A stretch of 62,946 nt of DNA, the filler included, from Octopus bimaculoides (lineage: Eukaryota): NCBI RefSeq assembly GCF_001194135.2. It is 9 parts of 8 records of this genome, joined end to end, with 100 filler letters (N's around TTAATTAATTAA, not from the genome) between each part and the next. Parts side by side here need not be neighbours in the genome. Positions count along the whole stretch, not along the records: positions 48,175 to 54,375 come from NW_026370174.1; positions 54,476 to 58,910 come from NW_026304615.1; positions 59,011 to 62,946 come from NC_068982.1; 6 more parts are not named here. The stretch is one strand, 5' to 3'. Positions 52,269 through 62,946 of the stretch are shown here, one piece after another. The position numbers and the translations under genes are program-made. Below the pieces are notes generated by a model. It was given only the letters and a program-made list of their open reading frames with translations, was not told the DNA's origin and did no database searches. How positions within the stretch are numbered: the first letter of the stretch is position 1; each line of letters starts with the position of its first letter.

Positions 52269-52368
52269 ATTCTGTACAGTCGACTCTCCACTTATGAAGC
52301 CAATGTGGACAAGGAACGGTTCTTGGAGTTTGAAGAAATCCTGGCGGACTGTGATGAGGTTCTTAAAG
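52269..52368 (+). CDS. Coding exon of an unidentified gene (ILYSRLSTYEANVDKERFLEFEEILADCDEVLK, phase 0 to 1)
   Basis: Acceptor ccatccattcag and donor AAAG|gtaaca, with protein-like codon and amino-acid composition. A second frame is also open but looks like a shifted read. Confidence 0.65.
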
Positions 52369-52461
52369 GTAACACACACACACACACACACACACACCCA
52401 TACACATGTGCATACACACACATGCACACACCCACATCCATTCATACATGCATACATAAGA

Positions 52462-52620
52462 GTGGCTGTGTGGTAAGTAGCTTGCTTACCAACCACATAG
52501 TTCCGGGGTTCAGTCCTACTGTGTAACACCTTGGGCAAATGTCTTCTATTATAGCCTCGGGTCGACCAAAGCCTTGTGAGTGGATTTGGTAGTAGACGGA
52601 AACTGAAAGAAGCCCGTCAT
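52462..52620 (+). mobile_element. SINE family A, head half
   Basis: GAGTGGCTGTGTGGTAAGTAGCTTGCTTACC..GAAAGAAGCCCGTC then (TA)n. Confidence 0.85.
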
Positions 52621-52779
52621 ATATATATATATATATATATAAAATACAAAATGGCACAAGAACGCAAAACATCCAGACAGGTGATACAAGAAAGGGACAA
52701 CAAAACATCCAGACAGACGATAAAAAGAAGACAAGGATGGGTCATTCAGAGTTTTCTTTCCACAGTTGAGTTGGTGTCA

Positions 52780-53115
52780 TTGTGGTAAGTAGCTTGCTTA
52801 CCAACCACATGGTCCCGGGTTCAGTCCCACTGCGTGGCATCTTGGGCAAGTGTCTTCTACTATAGCCTCGGGCTGACCAAAGCCTTGTGAGTGGATTTGG
52901 TAGACGGAAACTGAAAGAAGCCTGTTGTATATATGTATATATATATATATATGTGTGTATGTGTGTGTGTTTGTGTGTCTGTGTTTGTCCCCCTAGCATT
53001 GCTTGACAACCGATGCTGGTGTGTTTATGTCCCCGTAACTTAGCGGTTCGGCAAAAGAGACTGATAGAATAAGTACTAGGCTTCCAAAGAATAAGTCCTG
53101 GGGTCGATTTGCTCG
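52780..53115 (+). mobile_element. SINE family A, near full length
   Basis: Head, internal (TA)n(TG)n and tail up to the gap. Confidence 0.9.
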
Positions 53116-53379
53116 NNNNNNNNNNNNNNNNNNNNNNNNNNNNNNNNNNNNNNNNNNNNNNNNNNNNNNNNNNNNNNNNNNNNNNNNNNNNNNNNNNNNN
53201 NNNNNNNNNNNNNNNNNNNNNNNNNNNNNNNNNNNNNNNNNNNNNNNNNNNNNNNNNNNNNNNNNNNNNNNNNNNNNNNNNNNNNNNNNNNNNNNNNNNN
53301 NNNNNNNNNNNNNNNNNNNNNNNNNNNNNNNNNNNNNNNNNNNNNNNNNNNNNNNNNNNNNNNNNNNNNNNNNTATATA

Positions 53380-53540
53380 TGGGGCTCCACTGATCATAAT
53401 TTCTTAAAGTATGTGTTAATCCCCATGTGGGTACATGGAGTAAATAAAATCATATCATGAACAATCAAATATAAGAAATAATAATTTCTTAAAGTATGTG
53501 TTAATCCCCATGTACCCAGACTTTGTGGTCACCCTGTATA
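53380..53540. mobile_element. Probable Tc1/mariner-type MITE end
   Basis: Ends CACCCTGTA followed by TA; contains an internal 33-bp direct repeat. Confidence 0.4.
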
Positions 53541-53748
53541 TTTTGATTATGTTTCATCGTCGACAAATAAATTAAATATATTTTTATGTCGTAAATACAT
53601 GTCTTGAATTTATTCTTCATCTCTTTATGAACTCTTGTAATAACATACACGCAGTCACATCAACACCTTGTCCTGTATATACCCACTACAGTCTTGTATA
53701 AGATTTTGGTGTAGAATGCATCGTGTTTATATTTATATATCCATCCAG

Positions 53749-54082
53749 GATAATGATGAAGATGACAACGAGAATGATGATGATGATGATGACGATGACG
53801 ATAATGATGACGAAGAGGACAACGGTGATGAAGACGTCCTCGGCAATCCAAACGATGACAATCACCACGGCAACGGCGCTAATAATGACAATAAAGACAA
53901 CGGCGAGGATGATGATGATGATAATGATGGTGATGACAAAAGGAATCTCTTTGTGGATCTTTCAAACGATGGAAAAACTGAGCTGAACATGAGTGATGAC
54001 AGGCAGGACACAATGACAGAAAGTACTACGGTTGAAGATCTTGCTCAAGACCCCACTGCCACCACAGTACAGATGGATATGG
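53749..54082 (+). CDS. Acidic Asp/Asn-rich candidate exon (DNDEDDNEND..TTVEDLAQDPTATTVQMDM, phase 0 to 1), or a first exon from ATG 53989
   Basis: Acceptor tatatccatccag, 334 nt open with mixed GAT/GAC/AAT/AAC codons and a non-repetitive 3' half; donor ATGG|gtttgt followed by T-rich intron-like sequence. Confidence 0.6.
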
Positions 54083-54169
54083 GTTTGTACCTGACTGTTT
54101 TCTTTTCCTCCATATTTTTGTTTTTTTTTGTTCAGATTTCTGTTTGTTTCAATATAAGACATTATTGAA

Positions 54170-54326
54170 GGTGTGGTTGTGTGGTAAGTAGCTTGCTTCC
54201 CCAACCCCATGGTCCCAGGTTCAATCCCACTGTGTGACACCTTGGCTAAGTGTCTTTCACTATAGCCTAGGGCTGACCAAAGCCTTGTGAGTAGATTTGG
54301 TAGATGGAAACTGGCAGAATCCCTTC

Positions 54327-54330
<4 letters not shown>
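54170..54330 (+). mobile_element. SINE family A, head half
   Basis: GTGTGGTTGTGTGGTAAGTAGCTTGCTT..GGAAACTG then (TA)n. Confidence 0.85.
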
Positions 54331-54374
<44 letters not shown>

Positions 54375-54475
54375 TNNNNNNNNNNNNNNNNNNNNNNNNN
54401 NNNNNNNNNNNNNNNNNNNTTAATTAATTAANNNNNNNNNNNNNNNNNNNNNNNNNNNNNNNNNNNNNNNNNNNN

Positions 54476-54511
<36 letters not shown>

Positions 54512-54657
54512 TACGTATGTACGTATATATATACATACAAACGTATCTTCATAGCGACATACTTATTTTCGCCCGCACATGCATCCATACACATATACAT
54601 ATAATCGTGTATATTTAAGTGTCATCGCTGTTTGTCACGGGAAAACATTACTCTCAG

Positions 54658-54729
54658 TAAATCAAATATTGCTGCACAGCACCTTTTACAAGATAGCAAT
54701 TTGTTGTCCAATGGGGATTTGGCAACGAG
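54658..54729 (+). CDS. Weak candidate exon, 72 nt, two frames open
   Basis: ctctcag acceptor and GAG|gtaaac donor. Phase 1-1 gives NQILLHSTFYKIAICCPMGIWQR; phase 2-2 gives KSNIAAQHLLQDSNLLSNGDLAT. Confidence 0.25.
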
Positions 54730-55533
54730 GTAAACAGTAACAATACATTTATAAGTGGAACCAATTGTGCACCAGCAGTGTCCATTCTGGAGCTCTGCCA
54801 GAAACATTTTACAACGGATTAATATGTTTTTCTTTATGAATATCGTGAAATATAACTATTCCCTGTCTGTCTGTCTCTCTCTCTATCTCTCTATCTATCT
54901 ATCTATCTATCTATCTAACCACCTACCTGCATATCTGTCTGTCTGTCCCTGTCTCTTTCCCTGTCACTTTGCCTGCCTGCCTTTGTATGAATGAAATTTT
55001 TTTTTTTTGGCCTCATCAGACACAAGTTAGCCTTGCACACGTATGCCTACACACACACACACAGATACACACACAGTTACACACGTACATCATTAAATTA
55101 ATCCTGAGATTCTTACTCATAATCATCTTCCTCCCATTTTTTACTTGTATTTAAATCTTATGTGTTTGGGACTATATTATTAAATATGTCCTTGCTTCCT
55201 AAGGCGATAATTTATTATTCCAGATAAGCTTGACTCCCATTCTTTTCAGTTTATTTTCTACTATCCTCACACAACGGAAAATAGTTGCTTGAAATATTGC
55301 CACGTTGAAATCGAACGAGAACGATCTAATTAAGAAGCAAACTATTTAATCACATGGTTTTCCCCTGTATATAAGAAACCAAAAATAACGAAGTATGTTA
55401 CCTCTCGTGACAGTCAGTTACCTAAACCATTGTCTGCCCTGCAACTTCAATACCGATTAAACTGAGAGCATCACATACACCACCCGCTTGCCTTATGTAT
55501 GGTATAACTTTACTTTTTAAAATATAACACCAG

Positions 55534-55575
55534 ATTATACAGTCTGAAACAAAAATGTGTGCGATTCTATGTGAG
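55534..55575 (+). CDS. Weak candidate 42-nt exon (IIQSETKMCAILCE or LYSLKQKCVRFYV)
   Basis: aacaccag acceptor and strong GAG|gtgagt donor; frame unresolved. Confidence 0.3.
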
Positions 55576-55951
55576 GTGAGTGTTGATAAAACACCGCGCT
55601 ACATGTCAAAGAGTTAATCGTACAAATTTTGTTATCGATACAGCAATGTGTAAGTGAGTAAATAGATAAATAAAGGAAGAAATAAATAAAGATATTTGAT
55701 ATTCGGTGACTCCGTCACCGAGATAACGACTGGCTCTGGTGGGAAAATCAGCTAATTTGAATCAGTGAGTGTTCGGTTTAATTGGATAAGATTCTTGTTC
55801 CTTTTCATTGATGCTATATATATCCTACCGCTCGCAACTGTTTTAGAAGAGGAGAAACCTCCACTACAGTTATGCACTCTTATAGCAGCGTGACTTGCTC
55901 TGCTTATGTCAGGATTTGCTGCGGGCACGTCAGGATATTTTCTTTACCTAC

Positions 55952-55994
<43 letters not shown>

Positions 55995-56955
55995 GTGTGT
56001 GTCTTAATTTAACCTAGTTTTATCCTGGGTTGATTTAGTTTCATCATGATTACTTCGCGTCAAGAAATATTAACCCAACTACATACAGACTTAGATAAAT
56101 CTACAATCTATCCTGTGCCAGTGATCTAATATCAAAATGTGAATGTATTTACCGAGTTTTACGTTACAACTGATTGGTCAGAGCTACATTATAAATGATT
56201 AATCCACCATCACAAAACCATGGCAAATGCGATAGTTGTGATATTTTCTGCAACCTCTCACTGGGAGAGATCGGTCAACACCGCTCTGTAATAGATCAAT
56301 TCACCTTCAACACATTAATACAATATCATAGACTGTAACATATAACTACATCTTTATGCTAAAATTGCAATAGTTTCTGCAATGTCTAGATGCGATGCTT
56401 TAGTCAGCACTGTATTGTTACAGATTAATTCACGATAACAATGCGAGTGTTTCAAATTTTGGAACGAGGCCAGAAAGTTTGAGGAAGAATGTAAGTCGAT
56501 GAGATCGACTTCCCTAATTGAGTTGCGTTTACTTAATCTAATCCGAAAACGTTAAAAGTAAAGTCACTCTCGGAAATATTTGAACTTACAACGCAAAGAG
56601 GCAGAAAATGCGTTGCTTAGCGTTTATTTTTTTTCAATAGATTAATTTAATATCAAACAGTGAAATGTTCTTCCAGAGTCATGCCGCAATTGTAAAATTT
56701 TCCACAAGTTGGGTAGGGTGAAATTTGAGATAGTTAGGCCCACACCACATTGTTGTACATAAGTTCACTACTACGTGAACAAAACTGGCACACAACACGT
56801 GTATGGCTGTCTGGCGGGGAGGGTCACTTGTAGTTCCGGGTTCTGTTTCAATTCGCAGCACTTTAGTCAAGTGTCTTTTTTTAAAGCAACGAGCTGACCA
56901 ATGCATTATGGGTGAAATTGTCGTGAAAGAACGTCCTGTATATATACACCCACAC

Positions 56956-56992
<37 letters not shown>

Positions 56993-57523
56993 GTATATAT
57001 ATATAAACTTTATTTCAAAGCAGCAGAAATATACTCTACCTCTGGTATTTTAGTACTCTTTTTACCACCTTGTTGCATATTTATGTGCTCACTCCGGTAT
57101 ATATATATATATGCGTGTGTGTATGTTTGTGTGTGTGTGCGTGTGTTTGTATGTGTGATTGTGTACATGTGTGCGTGCATGTGCAAGCGCATGAGGTGTG
57201 TGTATGCAAGCGTCTAATCTCTGCGTTTGTATTCGTCCTCCCTCCCACCGCTTGACAATCGACGTTGGTTTGTTCACGTCTCAGTGTCTTTGCTGTTCGG
57301 CAAAACAGACCGATAATACAAAATAACAGACTTAAAACAAAGAAGAAAAAAAACCTAGGAAGCAACAATTACTGACCGATATCGTTTTCTTTGACTAATA
57401 CCTTGAAAGCGGTGCGCCAGTATGATCGCAGTACAACGACTGTAACAAGCAAAACATGAAAGAACAAAGACAAAACACAAACAGCTAAGTTGCACCGCAA
57501 AGTGTTGAAGATAAACTTCAGTT

Positions 57524-57573
57524 TGACCTCAGCTTGACATGAGCTTGATCCCAACTTGACACTAGCTTGACCT
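57524..57573. promoter_or_regulatory. Five TGACCT-like half-sites spaced by 5 nt (DR5-like array)
   Basis: TGACCT cagct TGACAT gagct TGATCC caact TGACAC tagct TGACCT. The pattern is certain; function is inferred. Confidence 0.4.
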
Positions 57574-58061
57574 GAGCGTCACCACAGCGTCTTAGTGCGA
57601 TCGGTGCGACTTACTGTGAGACTACAGTATATTTGTGGACTTCCTTTCTAAGTTATCAAACATGAGTGACCTGAATAACCCTCAACATACGCTAGAGTTT
57701 ACATCATCCGTGATATTAGTTTGTACCGAATCCAAGATGGCTTTCGTGATTCCAAGACTTCCTTAATTCAATAGATTCTGAATTGCTATTGAAAGTGTGT
57801 GGAACTGATGGATAATCGATTTGTTATGGGTTCATAATAGATGACTGCAGATCTAAAGATGAAATATAGAAATGATTGGAGCAACAAAGTAAAAAGAAAG
57901 AGAAGTTATGAGTTTGCATGTAAGATGTGGGTGTTTTTCAGTGCACAAGTGTGTTTGCGTGAATATTACTTGATAATATATAGACTCCATATTCTGAGAG
58001 TGCGTGCGTGTCTATATATATACACGCACACGCACACGCACACGCACACGCACACACACGC

Positions 58062-58103
<42 letters not shown>

Positions 58104-58294
58104 ACACNNNNNNNNNNNNNNNNNNNNNNNNNNNNNNNNNNNNNNNNNNNNNNNNNNNNNNNNNNNNNNNNNNNNNNNNNNNNNNNNNNNNNNNNNNNNN
58201 NNNNNNNNNNNNNNNNNNNNNNNNNNNNNNNNNNNNNNNNNNNNNNNNNNNNNNNNNNNNNNNNNNNNNNNNNNNNNNNNNNNNNNNNNNNNNN

Positions 58295-58361
<67 letters not shown>

Positions 58362-59010
58362 CGTAAATATGCATAAATATATACTTATAAATATATATAT
58401 ATATATATATACACACGTACATATGTGTATATATATATTTATGTGGATATCCATATATATGTGTATAGGCATACACATGTATGTATGTATTTATGCATGC
58501 ATATGTATGTATGTGTGTGTTATAAATGGAAATATGTCCGTCTGTATATAAGGATGCGAGCAAGTATCCATGTGTTTACGAAAGACAGCGTGTATAAATG
58601 TGGAGGTTGGTAATTCGGAATGTAAATCGCATGTTTATTAAAATAACGTTTGGTTAAATTTAAAGGTAAATTGACGCAGTGAGCTTGTTTGTGAATCCTT
58701 CAGGCTACTTACACACGCACACACACACACACACAAACACAAACACACATAACTCATAGAACCACACATATACGTATATCCTCATATGGTTCTACGTGTG
58801 TAGACACTGTACATTAGTGCGAAGTTTTGTCTGGTTAATTGAGTACATAATTACACACGCATCTATCTATTTATCTATCTATCTATCTGTCTCGCTGTGT
58901 GGCCGTGTGTNNNNNNNNNNNNNNNNNNNNNNNNNNNNNNNNNNNNNNNNNNNNTTAATTAATTAANNNNNNNNNNNNNNNNNNNNNNNNNNNNNNNNNN
59001 NNNNNNNNNN

Positions 59011-59046
<36 letters not shown>

Positions 59047-59259
59047 GTGTTTGTGTGTGTGTGTGAGGACGTGCGGGCGAGGTAGTTCCACAATCGCCAT
59101 TTATTTCAATCACTCTTGTGAAGACATTCACGTAACTCGTTTTTTTCATTTAGACCCCGTTTTAATTTTCGAAAAAGTTTCCGAGAACAACGTTCTCACA
59201 CTCAACCAGAGATGTAGATGATCACTATTCTAGAATAAAGCAAAGACGAGTACAAGCAG

Positions 59260-59900
59260 CCAGAGTCAAAGTTGAATTCTGAAACTCCTTTAACTCTATC
59301 AAGTATGTTTGCAAATATATAAACAAAGGTTTAGATGCCTCAACATACGCTTTTATGTAGAATGGCAGTCAGTAGATAAATAAAAATGACGAAGATGCAC
59401 AGTATGACAGAGAAAGATACATCAGTACCAACGAGGCTTTTTGGCGCATCCTCAATTTTCCCATTCCTGAAAGGTAACCAACCATCATTCATTTGAGTGT
59501 CCATTTAGAGAATGGCCACCGGGTTATCTTTACAAAACAAACAGCCTTGCAACAAAAGAAACCACACTTAATGCTTTTTTAAAGTTATGTCAAGTAGTTG
59601 AAGATGCAAGAATACTCCTTTAACTACAATTACCCATGTATTACACAATAACCTATGTATTACACAATAACCCATGTATTACACAATAACCCTTTTATAA
59701 ACAATAAACGGCACAAGAGGAGATGTAGGGCTGATGCTCTTGCAAGAGTTTACAGTGTTCCCCCAAGCTAAGCAAAATGCTACTACTCACGGCTCCTTTT
59801 TGCATGAAGTACGTGGTCCCAAACCATTCCAAGATTTGAGGAGAGTAAATGGTCATGTGTGTGAAACTTATAAGAAAGCATGCATGAAGTGTTATTGTTG
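59260..59900 (+). mobile_element. Decayed Helitron Rep-helicase fragment
   Basis: SIKYVCKYINKGLD, RYISTNEAFWRILNFPI, LSVHLENGHRV, TTLNAFLKLC, SRLLLHEVRGPKPFQDLRRVNG..TYKKAC. Confidence 0.9.
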
Positions 59901-60120
59901 GGCCCAAGGCCCAATGAAGAGCCCTCAACAGGAGCTAGCTTAAAAGCCGCCCTATCGGGCTGCTCTTACACCAGTATATACATAAATGCATATAGATATA
60001 TACAAATACACACACATACATACATACATACATACATATATNNNNNNNNNNNNNNNNNNNNNNNNNNNNNNNNNNNNNNNNNNNNNNNNNNNNNNNNNNN
60101 NNNNNNNNNNNNNNNNNNNN

Positions 60121-60161
<41 letters not shown>

Positions 60162-60711
60162 TAATAAATTATAGGGTAGCAAAAAAAGTTTTAGAAATTT
60201 TATTTACCACCAGTGTTCTAGCGAGAGTAAAAAACAGTCAATAGACTATGTATTATTCATTTAAAATGCAGATATGCCTATAATAGGACAGCCGCCGATT
60301 AGGTAAACCGCAAATACGCGGTAAATTTTGAAAAATTAGATATAGAAACACGAACCATGCTCCTTTATTGACTCGTGCTTCATATATTGTCTGGTCATTT
60401 TCTGCTGATGATAGTCCGACCTTGTAAGATATATAATCTTTATCTTACTAAAATTGACTTGAAACCATGGTACAGAATATAGATTGGTAAATGTTTTTAT
60501 TTTTCATCCCCTATATTTCGTTTTGGGATTTGGTTTGCAAGAATTTTTATGTGATTTCGTGTGTTGAAGCATATTCTGTTGTGTCTGGGGAGAGTCATTT
60601 TCTTATTGTGCCTTAAAATTTAACACACGCACCGGTAAAATTTCCACTTATTTTTTATTTTTATTTTCCTAAAAGTTTCGTTTCGTCTTGCAACCTTTTC
60701 AATACGTTAAG

Positions 60712-60825
60712 TGTATATGTGTCTGTGGAGTGCTCAGCCACTTGCACTTTAATTTCACGAGCAGGCTGTTTCGTTGATCGGATCAACTGGAACCCTCATC
60801 GTCGTAACTGACGGAGTGCCACAAT
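60712..60825 (+). mobile_element. SINE family D, 3' part
   Basis: Matches 50530-50640. Confidence 0.75.
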
Positions 60826-62349
60826 ACGATATAAAATATAATAATATATATTATGCGATAAATAATATATGTTATGCAATAAATAATAATATATATTATG
60901 TATATGTATATATATTCACGGAGATAGTATGCACGCCCACAAACATACAGACAGAAACAGAATGTATGCGTACGTTTGTGTGCGTATGATTTAAATGTAT
61001 TATATTTTCTACAGAGAGAAAGGAAGAAAGAGAGAGATAGAGAGACAGAGAGAATGTGTGTGTGTGTGTGGGGGAGGAGATAGTTTGAGAGAGAGTGAGA
61101 GAGTGGAAGAAGAGAACGTCAGATCGATACGGGAGGTTCTTCTGACTGACATAAATTATTTTTCAATCGCTAATTATTTTAATAGTCAATAATGGAATAA
61201 TTAACCATATTTTAAAACCGTAGACGCCATATCTTTTGGTTTTTAGCTTGAGAATAGAAACGGCTCTGGAGAGTGGTACTTGCCGTCTTATTATTCCGCC
61301 CTCCTCCTTTTGTATTGCTTCTCATATAATGTGAAGTCAAGGAAGTCAAAAAAAATTTAATCTTTGAAGTTCTTTCTTGCTTTGTGTTTGGTTGCTATTC
61401 GTTTCTCATTTTCGTGATGCAGAATATTAATTTAACGATACGACAGCCATGTTATTCAATCATTCTTGATGGCTTCCTTCTACCCCAGTAAATAACGAAG
61501 GTTATCTTACATATAAAGTTATGTTTTTGCATCAGAATACCTTAATTAATTTTTTTTAATCCTCATTACATTTTGCCATATTTTAATTTTAAAATATAAA
61601 GGACTAACAAAATATTGACATGCTTACATATTTACATATTTACATACCCTCTCGTAAAAGAAAAGCCAATATTTCCTTCTGGGATGCTAGCAAACAAATG
61701 CTGTGGTTTTATTATAAGTTGGCTTTGATTTGAGGGATTTTCCTTCGTCGGTTCGAAACACACATATATATCGATAAATGGCAATCCTATTCGTGATTTA
61801 TTTTATTATGAGGCACATAATTCCCAGAACTAGTCAAAAGACAAGAGTTACAAAGAATATAGTTCATATATTCCCATGGTATTAATAGAGCCGAATGAAT
61901 TGTCTTCAAAGGAAAATAGAAGCAGTCTTCGCTCACTTGACTTACCCCAATACTTGACTTACAGCAACACAAATTTTAAAATGAATAACGCGATTCTGCA
62001 GGAAACTTTCACAAATGATTGCAGTGTACTGATGTGAAGGTTTTAAGATATCCATGGAGGAGCAAGATTGTATTACTTGTGGAAGAGTCATAGCATTTAT
62101 ATGGACACAGTACTATAATCTGAAAGTAGTGTAGCTACATCCAATAAAGTAATATATTCCCCCACTCTCTGTCTGTCTCTCCATACAACGTATATACGTA
62201 TAACCAATAACGACAGAAGCAGTATTGATATCAAAAAGCAATCTTTATATCCAACTTAACGTGGATGTTGTGTTAGGACACCAAATCCTGCGTTATTTGC
62301 TTTGAGAGGACTGCTCATATGGACACATGTTGCACAAATGCACTCATAG

Positions 62350-62447
62350 TTATAACGTTGGCAGACGAGAATCGTCTGCGACAGGTGTCGGAACTGCAAA
62401 ATCATGTGATTTCAATCTGCCGCGTTCATACGAGAGGTTTTCTCAGG
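62350..62447 (+). CDS. Weak candidate exon, two frames open
   Basis: ctcatag acceptor and CAGG|gtaaat donor. Frames give ITLADENRLRQVSELQNHVISICRVHTRGFLR (phase 1 start) or YNVGRRESSATGVGTAKSCDFNLPRSYERFSQ (phase 2 start). Confidence 0.3.
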
Positions 62448-62614
62448 GTAAATAATGCGGTATTCGGTGTTCTAACACAACATCCACTTGAAGATGGATA
62501 TAAAATTACTTTTGATCTATCTATCAATTTATCTATCTATCTATCTGTCACTCTAACTGTCTATCTATCTGTCACTCTATCTATCTATCTATCTGTCTTC
62601 TTTCTTTATTGCCC

Positions 62615-62830
62615 ACAAGGGGCTAAACATAGAGGGGAAAAACAAGGATAGACAAAGGGATTAAGTCGATTACATCGACCCCAGTGCGTAACTGGTACTT
62701 AATTTATTGACCCCGAAAGGATGAAAGGCAAAGTCGACCTCGGCGGAATTTGAACCCAGAACGTAACGGCAGACGAAATACCGGTAAGTATTTCGCCCGG
62801 CGTGCTAACATTTCTGTCAGCTCGCTGCCT
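62615..62830 (-). mobile_element. SINE family B inserted in (CTAT)n
   Basis: Clear reverse complement of family B with CTAT repeats on both sides. Confidence 0.9.
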
Positions 62831-62890
<60 letters not shown>

Positions 62891-62946
62891 AAGCCAGGGA
62901 TCTCTGGAAATTATCCATAGGCCCCGGCCCGAATGTCGTCTTGAAA

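Noticed and set aside
53686-53990. Minus-strand hydrophobic Ile/Val ORF resembling transmembrane helices
   Set aside because: Antisense shadow of the GAT/GAC-rich acidic segment.
55005-55020. Minus-strand CTGATGAGGCC resembling a hammerhead start
   Set aside because: Followed by poly-A; no stem II partner or GAAA.
55703-55721. 8-bp hairpin TCGGTGAC-TCC-GTCACCGA, possibly a Helitron 3' end
   Set aside because: No convincing CTRR terminus or linked Helitron sequence.
59634-59690. Three 19-bp direct repeats
   Set aside because: No spacers, and inside a Helitron remnant: a local tandem duplication, not CRISPR.

Overview
This is AT-rich eukaryotic genomic DNA, dense in microsatellites and interrupted by many N gaps. 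The SINE families look like those of an octopus; that assignment is from recognition, not a search. There is no long intact ORF, no rRNA or true tRNA gene and no CRISPR array. Most listed ORFs are translations of (TA)n, (CA)n or (TAC)n repeats or of N runs. The window reads as mostly intronic sequence of a large + strand gene that I cannot name, with several short candidate exons, many ending in a phase-1 donor. Decayed mobile elements fill much of the rest: a Penelope-like RT, R4/Dong-like and RTE LINEs, hAT and Helitron remnants, MITEs and tRNA-derived SINEs. The strongest unusual signals are: (1) a complete type I hammerhead ribozyme at 34584-34630 in a non-coding element with inverted partial copies, plus two more hammerhead-like repeat families; (2) a 223-bp inverted duplication of an exon-like segment inserted into a SINE; (3) a MITE carrying opposed telomeric repeat arrays; (4) five nuclear-receptor half-sites in DR5 spacing; (5) a 23-bp hairpin bounded exactly by splice signals. 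Eight TTAATTAATTAA linkers in 100-nt gaps mark artificial joins, so contig order and orientation are uncertain. Coordinates of decayed elements are approximate.
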